Source: Longivirga aurantiaca
GTDB lineage: Bacteria; Actinomycetota; Actinomycetes; S36-B12; CAIYMF01
Direction: 5' to 3'
Length of the DNA stretch: 24,414 bases
Assembly (NCBI RefSeq): GCF_042660085.1
Contig: NZ_JBHSTI010000015.1
Span: forward strand, 1-24,414
Below the pieces are notes generated by a model. It saw only the letters and a list, made by a program, of their open reading frames with translations. It was not told the DNA's origin and searched no databases. Each line of letters starts with the position of its first letter. Within the stretch, counting starts at the first letter, position 1. Positions 1 through 8,135 of the stretch are shown in pieces. Made by a program: the position numbers and the translations under genes.

Positions 1-168
1 ACGCGCGGATCCATCCACCAGACATCCGAGCAGCTATTCATCCACCGCAACACCTTGCGGCAGCGCCTCACCAAGATCTCGACGCTCATGGAGCAGCCGA
101 TCGAGCGGGTGGAGGACTGGGTCCCGGTGGCGCTCGCGATCCGCGTGCTTCGCTCCCGCACGCCCTGA
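1..168 (+). CDS. PucR-family transcriptional regulator, C-terminal HTH end only (5' part lies outside the window)
   Basis: Frame 1 from nt 1 reads TRGSIHQTSEQLFIHRNTLRQRLTKISTLMEQPIERVEDWVPVALAIRVLRSRTP, then TGA at 166-168. The IHRNTLRQRL and EDW.P..LA.R pattern is the PucR C-terminal HTH. It recurs in the full-length regulator at 5674-7500. Confidence 0.7.
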   Translation, partial: TRGSIHQTSEQLFIHRNTLRQRLTKISTLMEQPIERVEDWVPVALAIRVLRSRTP

Positions 169-392
169 GCCCGCCACCGGATCGCTTGTCGCCGACGTCC
201 CCGGCTGTCGTCGGGACGGGCGGGGGCACGTCCCGGTCCGGGGGCCCCGCGCAGGTGATTCTGCACTGGTACCCGTGCCGAGAGTCGACATCCTGCCCAT
301 CGTCGCCTCGGTCGCCTGCCGGAAGAGTGGAGCCTGTCGCACCGCCTTTCGGAGCGCGGGGGAGTGTCGCGTCGGACCCCGTCGGCGGGGGG

Positions 393-1317
393 TGTCAATG
401 GCCATCTCATGGTCCCCGCTGGTGGCCAGTGAAAGTCCCCACCTCGCGTCATGGGTTAGCGGCTCGTGGGGCGGCCTCCTGTGTGGGTTCTCGCTTCGCG
501 CATGCGGTAGCTCTCGCCGTCGGTGGCGACGATGTTGTTGTGGTGCAGGGGCCGGTCGAGGAGGCTGACGGCGGTGGAGTGGTCGGGTAGGAATCGGCCC
601 CATTCCTCGAAGGGCCAGTGGCTGGCGAGGGCGAGGCTGCGGCGTTCGTAGGCGGCGGCGACGAACCGGAACAGAAGTTGGCTCCCGGTCGCGTCCAGGG
701 GTGCGAACCCGACCTCGTCGCAGATGATGAGGTCGTTGCGGAGCAGGGTCTCGATGACTTTGCCGACGCTGTTGTCCGCGAGGCCGCGGTAGAGGTTCTC
801 GACGAGTTCGGCGGCGGTGAAGTAGCGGACCCGCTGGCCCTGTTCGACGGCGGCGTGTCCGAGGGCGATCAGGGTGTGACTCTTCCCGGTGCCGGCTGGT
901 CCGATCAGGGTCAGGTTCTCCCGCGCGCTGATCCACTCGAGCGAGGTGAGGTAGGCCCAGGTCGGGGCGCTGATGCTGGAGGCCGCGAGGTCGAACCCCT
1001 CGATGGTCTTGATCGTTGGGAAGCATGCCTGTTTGCCGCGCAGCTGGGTGTTGCTGGCGTCGCGGGCGGTGATCTCGACCTCGACCAGTGCGCGGAGGAG
1101 TTCCTCGGGGGTCCATCGTTGCGTCTTGGCGGTGACCAGCAGTTCGGGGGCGACCGCGGGCATGCTGGCGAGCTTGAGGCGGCGTAGCCCGTGCTCGAGG
1201 TCCGCGGCCAACGGTGCCGATGTGGTGGCGGCCGTCGACGCACCGGGAGCGGAGGGCTTGGTCTCTCGACCACATGGTGTTTCTTCGCACGCAAGTATTG
1301 GCCACCCTGGTCAGACA
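393..1317 (-). mobile_element. IS21-family remnant keeping istB and both TG..CA-type ends but lacking istA
   Basis: The plus strand at 393 starts TGTCAATGGCCATCTCATGGTCCCCGCTGGTGGCCAGTGA. The reverse complement at 1317 starts TGTCTGACCAGGGTGGCCAATAC. Both ends share the TGTC tip and repeated (G)GTGGCCA/TGGCCA subterminal motifs. Only about 105 bp separate the upstream end from istB, too little for an istA of more than 1.1 kb. No target-site duplication is visible. Confidence 0.5.
456..1211 (-). CDS. istB: IstB-like IS21 helper ATPase (intact)
   Basis: 251-aa ORF with Walker A GPAGTGKS and Walker B LIICDEVG, plus typical IstB stretches (FPTIKTIEGFD, LLFRFVAAAYERRSL, LLDRPLHH). The start codon in the track is TTG. 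Confidence 0.9.
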   Translation of the reverse strand: MAADLEHGLRRLKLASMPAVAPELLVTAKTQRWTPEELLRALVEVEITARDASNTQLRGKQACFPTIKTIEGFDLAASSISAPTWAYLTSLEWISARENLTLIGPAGTGKSHTLIALGHAAVEQGQRVRYFTAAELVENLYRGLADNSVGKVIETLLRNDLIICDEVGFAPLDATGSQLLFRFVAAAYERRSLALASHWPFEEWGRFLPDHSTAVSLLDRPLHHNNIVATDGESYRMREARTHTGGRPTSR

Positions 1318-1779
1318 ATCTCGAGTGTCAAGGACGCCCGTGGGGTAGGGGCTCTCGGTGCCGAGCGGCCGTGGTGTCCAACCATGACGGGCGACAGCTT
1401 GGCCGGGCTCCGCCCCAGCTCGCGGCGATCCCGATCCCGAGGGCTGTCTGCGCGGTGACCGGGCTTGGCCCAAGACGGGGGTGTTGACGCCGGGGTCGAC
1501 GCCCGGCCAGTGAGGGAGCGAATACGGATAAGCGGGGACTTTGTGAACCTGGAACCGTCGCTACCGAGCTCATCGTGGTCTACGGGCCGGTCATCATGGA
1601 GTTCACTTGTCTGCGGCGTGACGACCATGCGCGTATTCCGATCGCGTTTCGTGGCTCGCCCGCTCATTCACCAAATGTTGTGGGAGCCTCGTTGGGATAC
1701 CGGTCACGAGCGGGCGACGCGGATCCGGCCACCCGAACAGTGCCCGTCCCATATCCGCAAGCGGGCGCCGGCAGCGGGG

Positions 1780-2493
1780 TCAACACCACTCGAACGAGGT
1801 CGTTGTCGCGCGGCGGGCCGCCATGACCAGCGCGGCAACGATCGTGCTGCTTTGATCCGGTTCCGGGTGCCACTGAACCCCAACAACGAATTCAAGCTGT
1901 GAGTGCTCGATAGCCCTGGCGATTCCATCGCGTACCGAAACTCCGGAGACCCTGAGCCCGTCGGCAAGGACTCCTACTTCCTGATCAGCATGATAATTCA
2001 CCACGAGATGGAGCTCTCCGGTGCTCGCCGCCAACCGTGAACCCGCCTCGAGACGTATCCGGTGTTCGGCACTGACTGCTCCGCGATGCGCCTGACCTAC
2101 CGTTCCACCGAGCGCAACGTTCAGGACTTGCATCCCCCGACCTATCCCAAGGAGAGGAATGTTGCGATCCAGCGCCGCACGGACGAGAGCAAGTTCGTAC
2201 TCCTGGACTGGAACGTCGAACCCTCCGGCAAGACTGCCTGAGGTCTCCCCGTAGGTCGTCGGGTGAAGGTCGGGTCCACCCGTCACGATGACCCCGTTAA
2301 CGATGTCCAAGACTTCGTTAACGCGAATCGGCGTGCTCGTGCTTTGGGGGAGCAAGACACAGATTCCGTCGGCCGCATCTACCGCGCTTGTGTAGGCCGC
2401 AGGGAGGAAGTCGACCGGCGGATCACCCTCAGTCCCCTGGAAGCGGCCCCTCGCGGCGCAGATACCGATGACCGGTGTCGTGCTCCACTTCAT
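1780..2493 (-). CDS. PuuD-like gamma-glutamyl-gamma-aminobutyrate hydrolase / peptidase C26 (class I glutamine amidotransferase-like), nucleophile Cys replaced by Gly
   Basis: Motifs VTGGPDL, LLGIGRGMQVLNVALGG and VGVQWHPE match the family. The likely start is ATG at 2491-2493 (MKWSTTPVIG) with GGGAG about 12 nt upstream; the ORF stays open to 2538. The usual G-I-C-R-G nucleophile elbow reads G-I-G-R-G (GGT at 2140-2142). Confidence 0.8.
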   Translation of the reverse strand: MKWSTTPVIGICAARGRFQGTEGDPPVDFLPAAYTSAVDAADGICVLLPQSTSTPIRVNEVLDIVNGVIVTGGPDLHPTTYGETSGSLAGGFDVPVQEYELALVRAALDRNIPLLGIGRGMQVLNVALGGTVGQAHRGAVSAEHRIRLEAGSRLAASTGELHLVVNYHADQEVGVLADGLRVSGVSVRDGIARAIEHSQLEFVVGVQWHPEPDQSSTIVAALVMAARRATTTSFEWC

Positions 2494-2688
2494 AGCCGGT
2501 CCCATCTCCCGTTGCCGGGCAAGTTGCGCGCGTCGCACGGTTCTGAGTGGCGTAGCAGCCTAGGCCGAACGGGGAGGTCGAATGCGCGCCGCAAACGGAC
2601 CTCAGACTTCCACAACTCACCGTACGGAAGGCGGCGCCCGGCCAGATGTCGCGCCCGCTACTGGTTTGCGTCAAAGGTGTAGGGATAT

Positions 2689-2730
2689 TGGGTCAAAGAT
2701 GCAGGGACATCGACCCGTGGGTCAAGATGC
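2689..2730. repeat. Tandem direct repeat GGGTCAAAGATGCA / GGGTCAAGATGCA
   Basis: Copies at 2689-2702 and 2718-2730 differ by one A. GGGTC (2689-2693) also pairs with GACCC (2711-2715). A third GGGTCAAA lies at 4616-4623 on the other side of the IS1380 insertion, just upstream of gntR. Confidence 0.5.
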
Positions 2731-2810
2731 AAACGTGACAGAACTTCTTGAGGAAGCGCTGGCCCGGAGTGTGGTCGTTAGTCTCGGGGTTGGTTGACGG
2801 GCTGGCTCGT

Positions 2811-4480
2811 CTAGCCTCGATGTTTCGAGTGGCTGTCGGCCGAGGTGCTCGCGGGGTCGTCGGGTGCGGTGTTGGCGGGTGGTCGTGCGTGGTCGCCGGC
2901 GTTCTTCTCGCCGGTTCTCCGGGCGGCGCTCTGGGTGTCGCGTTGCGCTGGTTCAAGGGCTTCGGAGTGCGCGCCAGCCGGTGTCGATGAGGTGGTTCCA
3001 GGGCCAGTCTCTGGGTAGTCGGAGTCGTCGGCGGCGACCGGTTCGCACGATGCGGCCTGCGACGGCGAGCAAGCGGAAGCGGATGCGTTTGGGTTCCCAC
3101 CTGCGGGCTGGTTCGTGGGCGTCGAAGGCGAGGGTCTGCATCCAGGCGATCAGGTCTGCGGCCAGTGCGACGACTTCGACCCAGATCCTGTTCTGGTCAT
3201 AGCCGTGGAAGGGCAGGTTCCGCAGTCCGGTGTCCTTCAGGGCGCGGATGCGGTCCTCGCAGCGGGCGCGTTGGCGGTGCCGGACCTCGAGCGCGGGCAG
3301 CGTCCAGCACGGGCCCGCGGTGTTGGTCGCGAAGCAGGTGATCCGCTACCCCTGGTGGTCGGTCAGGCGCAGCTGCGCGCCGGGATGGGGACGTTCGCGA
3401 CGGGCGATGACCCGCATCCCCTCGGGCCAGTCCTTCGGCCCGGGCCGTGACGCCCGCTGCTGGGTGACCGGGATCGGCATCCACCCGGTGAGCCCCGCGA
3501 CCTGCGCGCCCTCGCGGGGTTCGCCATCACCATCGAGCGCGGCGCGCCAAGCCTGTTCGGGGATCGCCTCGACCGCTGCTTTGACGGTGTCCTGGGCCTG
3601 AAACCCGATCGAGTACTCCAACCCGGCGTCGGTGATCTTGTGCAGGAACACCTTCGAGCAGGCACCGGTATCGGCTCGGACCAGGACCTGGGCGCGTTCG
3701 TGCTCGGGGAGCTGGGCCAGCGCGGTGTCCAAGGTCGTGAGGTGGTCGGCACTGTTCCACGGGGAGGCCTTCCCCGGCCGCAACTCCACCACCAGGGTCT
3801 CTCCGGTGCCGTGCTCGCCGTGGTCGACGAACGCGCACATCGGCGCGAACCCATAACCCCGTTTGAAGGTGGGCTCGGCGCCCTCCTTGTCCGAGTGCGC
3901 CGTCACCAAGGTGGCGTCGATGTCCACGATCACCTGACCGCCGTTGCGGTCCCCAGGTGCGCCGGCCAGCGGTCGACGACGTGCCCACACCACAGCCCGC
4001 GCCGCGGGCCGCCCGGATCGCCGCGACCGCAGCATCGGGATCGGCGGCCAGCGCAGCGAAGACCCGCGAGACCGTCGGGTCGGAGGCGACCGGCCCGAAC
4101 ACCGCCGGTTGCGCCCGGACCGCGGCAAGGTCGGCCAGGCAGCCACCACCGAACGCGATCGCGGTCGCGACATCGAGGAGCACCTTGCCGGGGTCGTGCA
4201 TGCCACGATCGCGCCGCCACGGCGACAACCCGGCCGACAGGCCGCGGTCCAGGCCAGCGGCAGCGATCGTCTCCCGCAGCAGCAACGCCCCCGAGGACGA
4301 CACCAGCGACTCGCGGCCGGAGTCCAGAACCAACGACGGGACCTGGTTAGACTTCACCTACGGAGTGCCTTCCGCTCGGCAAACTTTGGACCTTCGCAAG
4401 CCCAAGTTTCCCAAGCAGGACAGGCACTTCCGTACTTTCACACCCCGTGTCGAGCTCCAATCATGAAACCTCGAGGCTAG
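2811..4480 (-). mobile_element. IS1380-family insertion sequence (about 1.67 kb) with imperfect terminal inverted repeats
   Basis: The left end is CTAGCCTCGATGTTTCGAG (2811-). The reverse complement of the right end is CTAGCCTCGAGGTTTCATG (-4480); 15 of the first 16 nt are identical. The ends enclose the IS1380-type transposase reading frames. No clear target duplication was seen. Confidence 0.7.
2953..4357 (-). pseudogene. IS1380-family transposase, disrupted by one frameshift and one in-frame TAG
   Basis: The N-terminal frame (VKSNQVPSLVLDSGRESLVSSSGALLLRE...FGPVASDPTVSRVF...AAIRAAR) switches frame near 4000-4006 into ...RAVVWARRRPLAG..GGQVIVDIDATLVTAHSDKEGAEPTFKRGYGF... That frame hits TAG at 3346-3348 (DHQG*RITCFATNT, where family members have Trp, TGG). 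It then continues in frame to ...WMQTLAFDAHEPARRWEPKRIRFRLLAVAGRIVRTGRRRRLRLPRDWPW and stops at 2953. Confidence 0.85.
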
Positions 4481-4660
4481 GTGGCAGTTCGGCTAAAGGG
4501 ATCTGGCAGGCGGATCAGTCGTCGGTGCCTCGGTCCGTCCAGGACATGATCGTTCGATCTTGACTCGATCATCTGATCTAAGTCATTGTATGTCCTAATC
4601 AGGCATGGAAACACTGGGTCAAACTCGGAGGCTGGCATTCCACACGTCACGGGTATCCAG

Positions 4661-5605
4661 GTGAGTCAACACTCAGATCTTCCGATCTATCGGCAGATAG
4701 TGACACAGCTGACGTTCATGATCGAGATGGGGCAACTCAAGGACGGAGAGCGACTGCCAAGTATGCGGCTGCTCGCCGATAATCTGCACATCAACCGCAA
4801 CACGGTTGCGCATGCCTACGCCGAACTCCGAGATCAAGGTTTGGTTGAGTCGAGGAGGCGCAACGGGATGGTGGTCGTCGGGGGCGAACGGGCGAGATCC
4901 TCCTCGGCGACACGCGTTCGTGCCCGTGCGCTGCTAGAGGAAGCAGTCCGCGAGAGCATCGGTCTTGGCCTCAGCACCTCCGAAGTCCATTCCCTTGTGA
5001 TGAGCTTCGCTATGCGTGCTCAGGCCGAGCGGCTTCAGATCGCGTTCGTCGAGTGCAACGCAGATCGTTCCCAATACTTCGCGGGCGAGATCGAGACACA
5101 CGTCGGGCTGCCGGTGCGTCCCCTGGTCCTGGGTGACTTCGATCCCAAGAGCGAGAATCCTGACCTGGTGCTCACAACGTTCTTTCACCTCGCCGAGGTG
5201 AGGAAGCTGATGCGACAGCCGAAGACAGAAGTAGTAGCTATTGTTGTCGCCCCGCACGTACAGACGCTCGTTCAGATTGCGCAGGTGCCCAAGCGAAGGA
5301 CGGTAGGTATCTACTATTCGACCAAGGACCAGGCTGCCAACATAAGAGACTCTCTCATGCAGTCAGGCATCACGAACATCGCCGTTCTCGGTGGTACGAC
5401 GGACGAGGACCTGCAAGGAGTCGACCTCGTCGTAATCCCGAGCGAGACTCCGGCGCTCAAGGAGCGGCTGGAGGGCCGAGTACGAGTCATTGAGTTCGGC
5501 AATATCCTTGACGAGGCGTCCATTCGCATGGTCACAGAGGTGGTCCGGGACTTGCAGGCGGCCAAGGTTGATAGGACCGCAGAGCCGATCGCTGCTCGAC
5601 ATTGA
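4661..5605 (+). CDS. GntR-family transcriptional regulator with a non-classical alpha/beta-looking C-terminal effector domain
   Basis: The N-terminal winged HTH is PIYRQIVTQLTFMIEMGQLKDGERLPSMRLLADNLHINRNTVAHAYAELRDQGLV. GTG at 4661 gives the usual short N-terminal lead; the ORF is open from TTG 4586, so the start is uncertain. The C-terminal roughly 230 aa alternate hydrophobic strands and helices (IAFVECN, LVLTTFF, VVAIVVAPH, VGIYYS, IAVLGG, DLVVIPS). Confidence 0.8.
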   Translation: MSQHSDLPIYRQIVTQLTFMIEMGQLKDGERLPSMRLLADNLHINRNTVAHAYAELRDQGLVESRRRNGMVVVGGERARSSSATRVRARALLEEAVRESIGLGLSTSEVHSLVMSFAMRAQAERLQIAFVECNADRSQYFAGEIETHVGLPVRPLVLGDFDPKSENPDLVLTTFFHLAEVRKLMRQPKTEVVAIVVAPHVQTLVQIAQVPKRRTVGIYYSTKDQAANIRDSLMQSGITNIAVLGGTTDEDLQGVDLVVIPSETPALKERLEGRVRVIEFGNILDEASIRMVTEVVRDLQAAKVDRTAEPIAARH

Positions 5606-5673
5606 CTCGCACGGAAGGCGGCTTCATGGCGCCAGAACCATGAGCCAACAGCCCAGTCTGCTCCCGGCGCGGT

Positions 5674-7500
5674 CTACGAGGGGCGCGATGCGTTACGGAT
5701 GGTGACGATTCGCACTGCAAGCTGCAGAGGAAGCCAGTCTTCCGCGGAGTCCAGGTCGAGCCCAGTCACGACCGTGATTCGCTCAAGGCGCTGTCGCAGC
5801 GTGTTTCGGTGAATGCCGAGTTCGTCGGCGGCGTGGCTTCCGTTGCCGCGGGATGAGAGATACACGTCGAGGGTGCTGAGGAGCTGGGACCCGCGACGCC
5901 GATCATATTCGAGCAGCTGGTGGAGCCGCATGACCGTCGGGTCGTGATCGAACGCGGGGTCCACCGCAACTCGGTAGAGGTGCATCTCGCCGGCCAGGTC
6001 GTCGTAGTGATTCACTGGAGAGTCGCCCACCTTTGCGCCGATCTCGAGTGCTTCGCTTGCCTCGCGAAGTGCTGTCGGAAGATCCGTGACCCGCAGGACC
6101 ATTCGACTTATCCCTGCTTCAAGCCGCACGCCCCACTTTTGCGCTAGATCGTCTGCGAGTTGTTGGATGTGTCCCTGCAGCCTGCGATCGCCGTCTGGCT
6201 TGGCTACCTCGACCAGCCCGTAGATCTGATTCAGCGTGACGTGAGTGATCGAACCCGGGTTGAATCCTCGAATCATGGTGACCGCTGATGCCGTCGCACG
6301 GCTGACGTCCGACGGCTGGGTCTTGTCGCCCTGCTTTGCAGAAACAACGACGCGGGCGCGGAGCAGCACCAGTGGTCTGGTGAGGTTCGCGCCTAGCGCA
6401 GTGGCTATCGACGCTGTCTGATCATCGACCAGGTTCCGGCCGAGGCGTTCGAATACGACCCGGCTCGACTGCTCTGTGCCGCCCCAACGACTGGACGGAT
6501 CTGTGAGGGCAAGGCCGAGCTGACGGCCGATGATGGACATCAGGTCATGGTCTTCGTCTGAGAATCGGTGACGTCGGTAGCAACTCAAGAAACCGAGGCT
6601 GTCGTCGCCGACGACGAGCGGAACAGACGCGACGTTGCCCAGCCGCTCGGGTAGTTCCGAGTTCAAGTACCGCAGAAGTCGCGTTGACGCAGGGCTTGCG
6701 TCAACGGCGGTGCCCGCCTGCCCGGACGTCAGCGTCGCGACATCGTCTAGCACATCGGAACGGAATGGCGCGATCGCCCTGACGATCGGCTCCCCGGTCT
6801 CGGGGTCCGCAAGCACCAACACGCATAGGTCTGCCTCAAGTACTGCGACAGCCGCGTTGGCTACCGTGCCGAGGACTTCGAACGCCGGTCGGAGGGAGCA
6901 CAAGGTGGTGCTCAACTCGGACAGCGTATCGAGCATGTGCGCCCTTCGGGCGACTGCGCCACCGTTCGACGCGTTGCTGATTACTCCAGCGAGGAGGGCA
7001 GCCAGCTCCTTTGCTACCGCAAGATGAGAGTCTTCGAAGCGGTTCGGGGTCCTCGCATTTAGAGAGAGAACCCCAATGAGAACTTGGCCGCCGCGAAGAA
7101 GCGGGATCTTGGCTGTGGATTCGTAGTTCTCCTCGTTCAGTTCAGGAAAGAGTTGGAAGTGCGGGTCCTTCGCTGGCGCCCTGTTTACGACAACCGCTCG
7201 TTGCCGAAGTGCGGCGAGCCCGCTGAGACCTTGCCCGAGGTGCACTTCCACTCGATGAAGGTAACTCTTCTCGACCCCCTCGGTAGCCGCCGTCAGGACC
7301 AGCGTCTCCCGTTGCGAATCCCAAAGATGTAGGAAGGCCCCATCGGCATCGGTTGCGTCACGAACGATCTCCACGACACGTCCGAAGAAGTCGGCGAGCT
7401 CCAGGTTCATCCCCACTGCAAAGACGATCTGCGACAACGCGACGCGCAGGCGTTCCGCGCGATCTAGAGCCCGACGAATGTCACCGACGTCGGTGACCAC
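5674..7500 (-). CDS. GAF-GAF-PucR-type transcriptional regulator
   Basis: Two GAF-like segments are present (...DADGAFLHLWDSQRETLVLTAA...GQGLSGLAALRQRAVVVNRAPAKDPHF...VLIGVLSLNARTPNRFED; and ...LEADLCVLVLADPETGEPIV...SLGFLSCYRRHRFSDEDHDLM). The C-terminal PucR HTH is AADELGIHRNTLRQRLERITVVTGLDLDSAEDWLPLQLAVRIV. The start is uncertain. GTG 7500 is preceded by GGAG; GTG 7548 is also possible; the ORF stays open to GTG 7809. Confidence 0.8.
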   Translation of the reverse strand: MVTDVGDIRRALDRAERLRVALSQIVFAVGMNLELADFFGRVVEIVRDATDADGAFLHLWDSQRETLVLTAATEGVEKSYLHRVEVHLGQGLSGLAALRQRAVVVNRAPAKDPHFQLFPELNEENYESTAKIPLLRGGQVLIGVLSLNARTPNRFEDSHLAVAKELAALLAGVISNASNGGAVARRAHMLDTLSELSTTLCSLRPAFEVLGTVANAAVAVLEADLCVLVLADPETGEPIVRAIAPFRSDVLDDVATLTSGQAGTAVDASPASTRLLRYLNSELPERLGNVASVPLVVGDDSLGFLSCYRRHRFSDEDHDLMSIIGRQLGLALTDPSSRWGGTEQSSRVVFERLGRNLVDDQTASIATALGANLTRPLVLLRARVVVSAKQGDKTQPSDVSRATASAVTMIRGFNPGSITHVTLNQIYGLVEVAKPDGDRRLQGHIQQLADDLAQKWGVRLEAGISRMVLRVTDLPTALREASEALEIGAKVGDSPVNHYDDLAGEMHLYRVAVDPAFDHDPTVMRLHQLLEYDRRRGSQLLSTLDVYLSSRGNGSHAADELGIHRNTLRQRLERITVVTGLDLDSAEDWLPLQLAVRIVTIRNASRPS

Positions 7501-8135
7501 GGGCTCCGTGGCCTGACCGCTTTCAACATCAGAGTTCAGTGCACCCACCTCACAAACATCGGGGAGACAGCACCATGTCCTCGCGGGAGTATGGAAGTCA
7601 ACACGAGTGCCGAGTTCCACAGTTGATGGGCGCACGGCGGTCCCCGGGTCTATCCGATTCTGAACCGTTTCGGCTCCTCCGCCGGCATTAGCATTCGAGA
7701 ACGGACCGACGTAGGTGAACACTTCGCCGGTCAGCGTCGCTCGATGGACCCCGCCCTTCAGTTGCGACGATGACCACGGCCTTCGTGATCGGACCCGGCT
7801 GCGGCACACGCTCCGGGACCATTCGCGCAGTGCGGTCCTTCACTTCACGATCGATCGCGGATTGGCCTCGACTGCTGCAGTGTCCCTATACGAGCCGCCA
7901 GCTATTGCAAGCTCGCCTCGAATGCTCAGTCAATCTGCGGTTGCGCTCGACGACTCGCACGGTGACGCGAGAAAGTAGTTGACCGCCTAATCGCGATCTC
8001 AATGGTCCCGGAAGTCGACGACTGTTGTCCCGCGTTGCTGATGCCCGGCAGTAGCGCTTCCACTGAAACTAGGCATCGCTAATCGCGCGTCCCACAAGCC
8101 GCCGCGGCCACCGCGGGTGACGCGTTCCAACAGCT

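Noticed and set aside
34-1473. 479-aa minus-strand ORF, the longest ORF at the left end
   Set aside because: The product is extremely Arg/Pro-rich and low in complexity. It runs in an alternative frame through the well-supported istB gene. This is a typical high-GC shadow ORF.
1318-1779. Several 80-145-aa ORFs on both strands between the IS21 remnant and PuuD copy 1
   Set aside because: None shows a recognisable motif, the ORFs overlap each other, and their compositions are biased. The region may be a remnant of the gene hit by the IS, but I cannot support any call.
5606-5673. Small hairpin TCATGG-N8-CCATGA (5624-5643) between the convergent gntR and pucR genes as a bidirectional terminator
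   Set aside because: The stem is only 6 bp, AT-containing, and has no flanking T/A tracts. This is too weak to call.
7987-8087. Direct repeat CTAATCGCG at 7987-7995 and 8079-8087 between the ALDH stop and pucR
   Set aside because: A single 9-mer recurrence in a region of about 600 bp is roughly what chance predicts. There is no supporting symmetry or promoter context.
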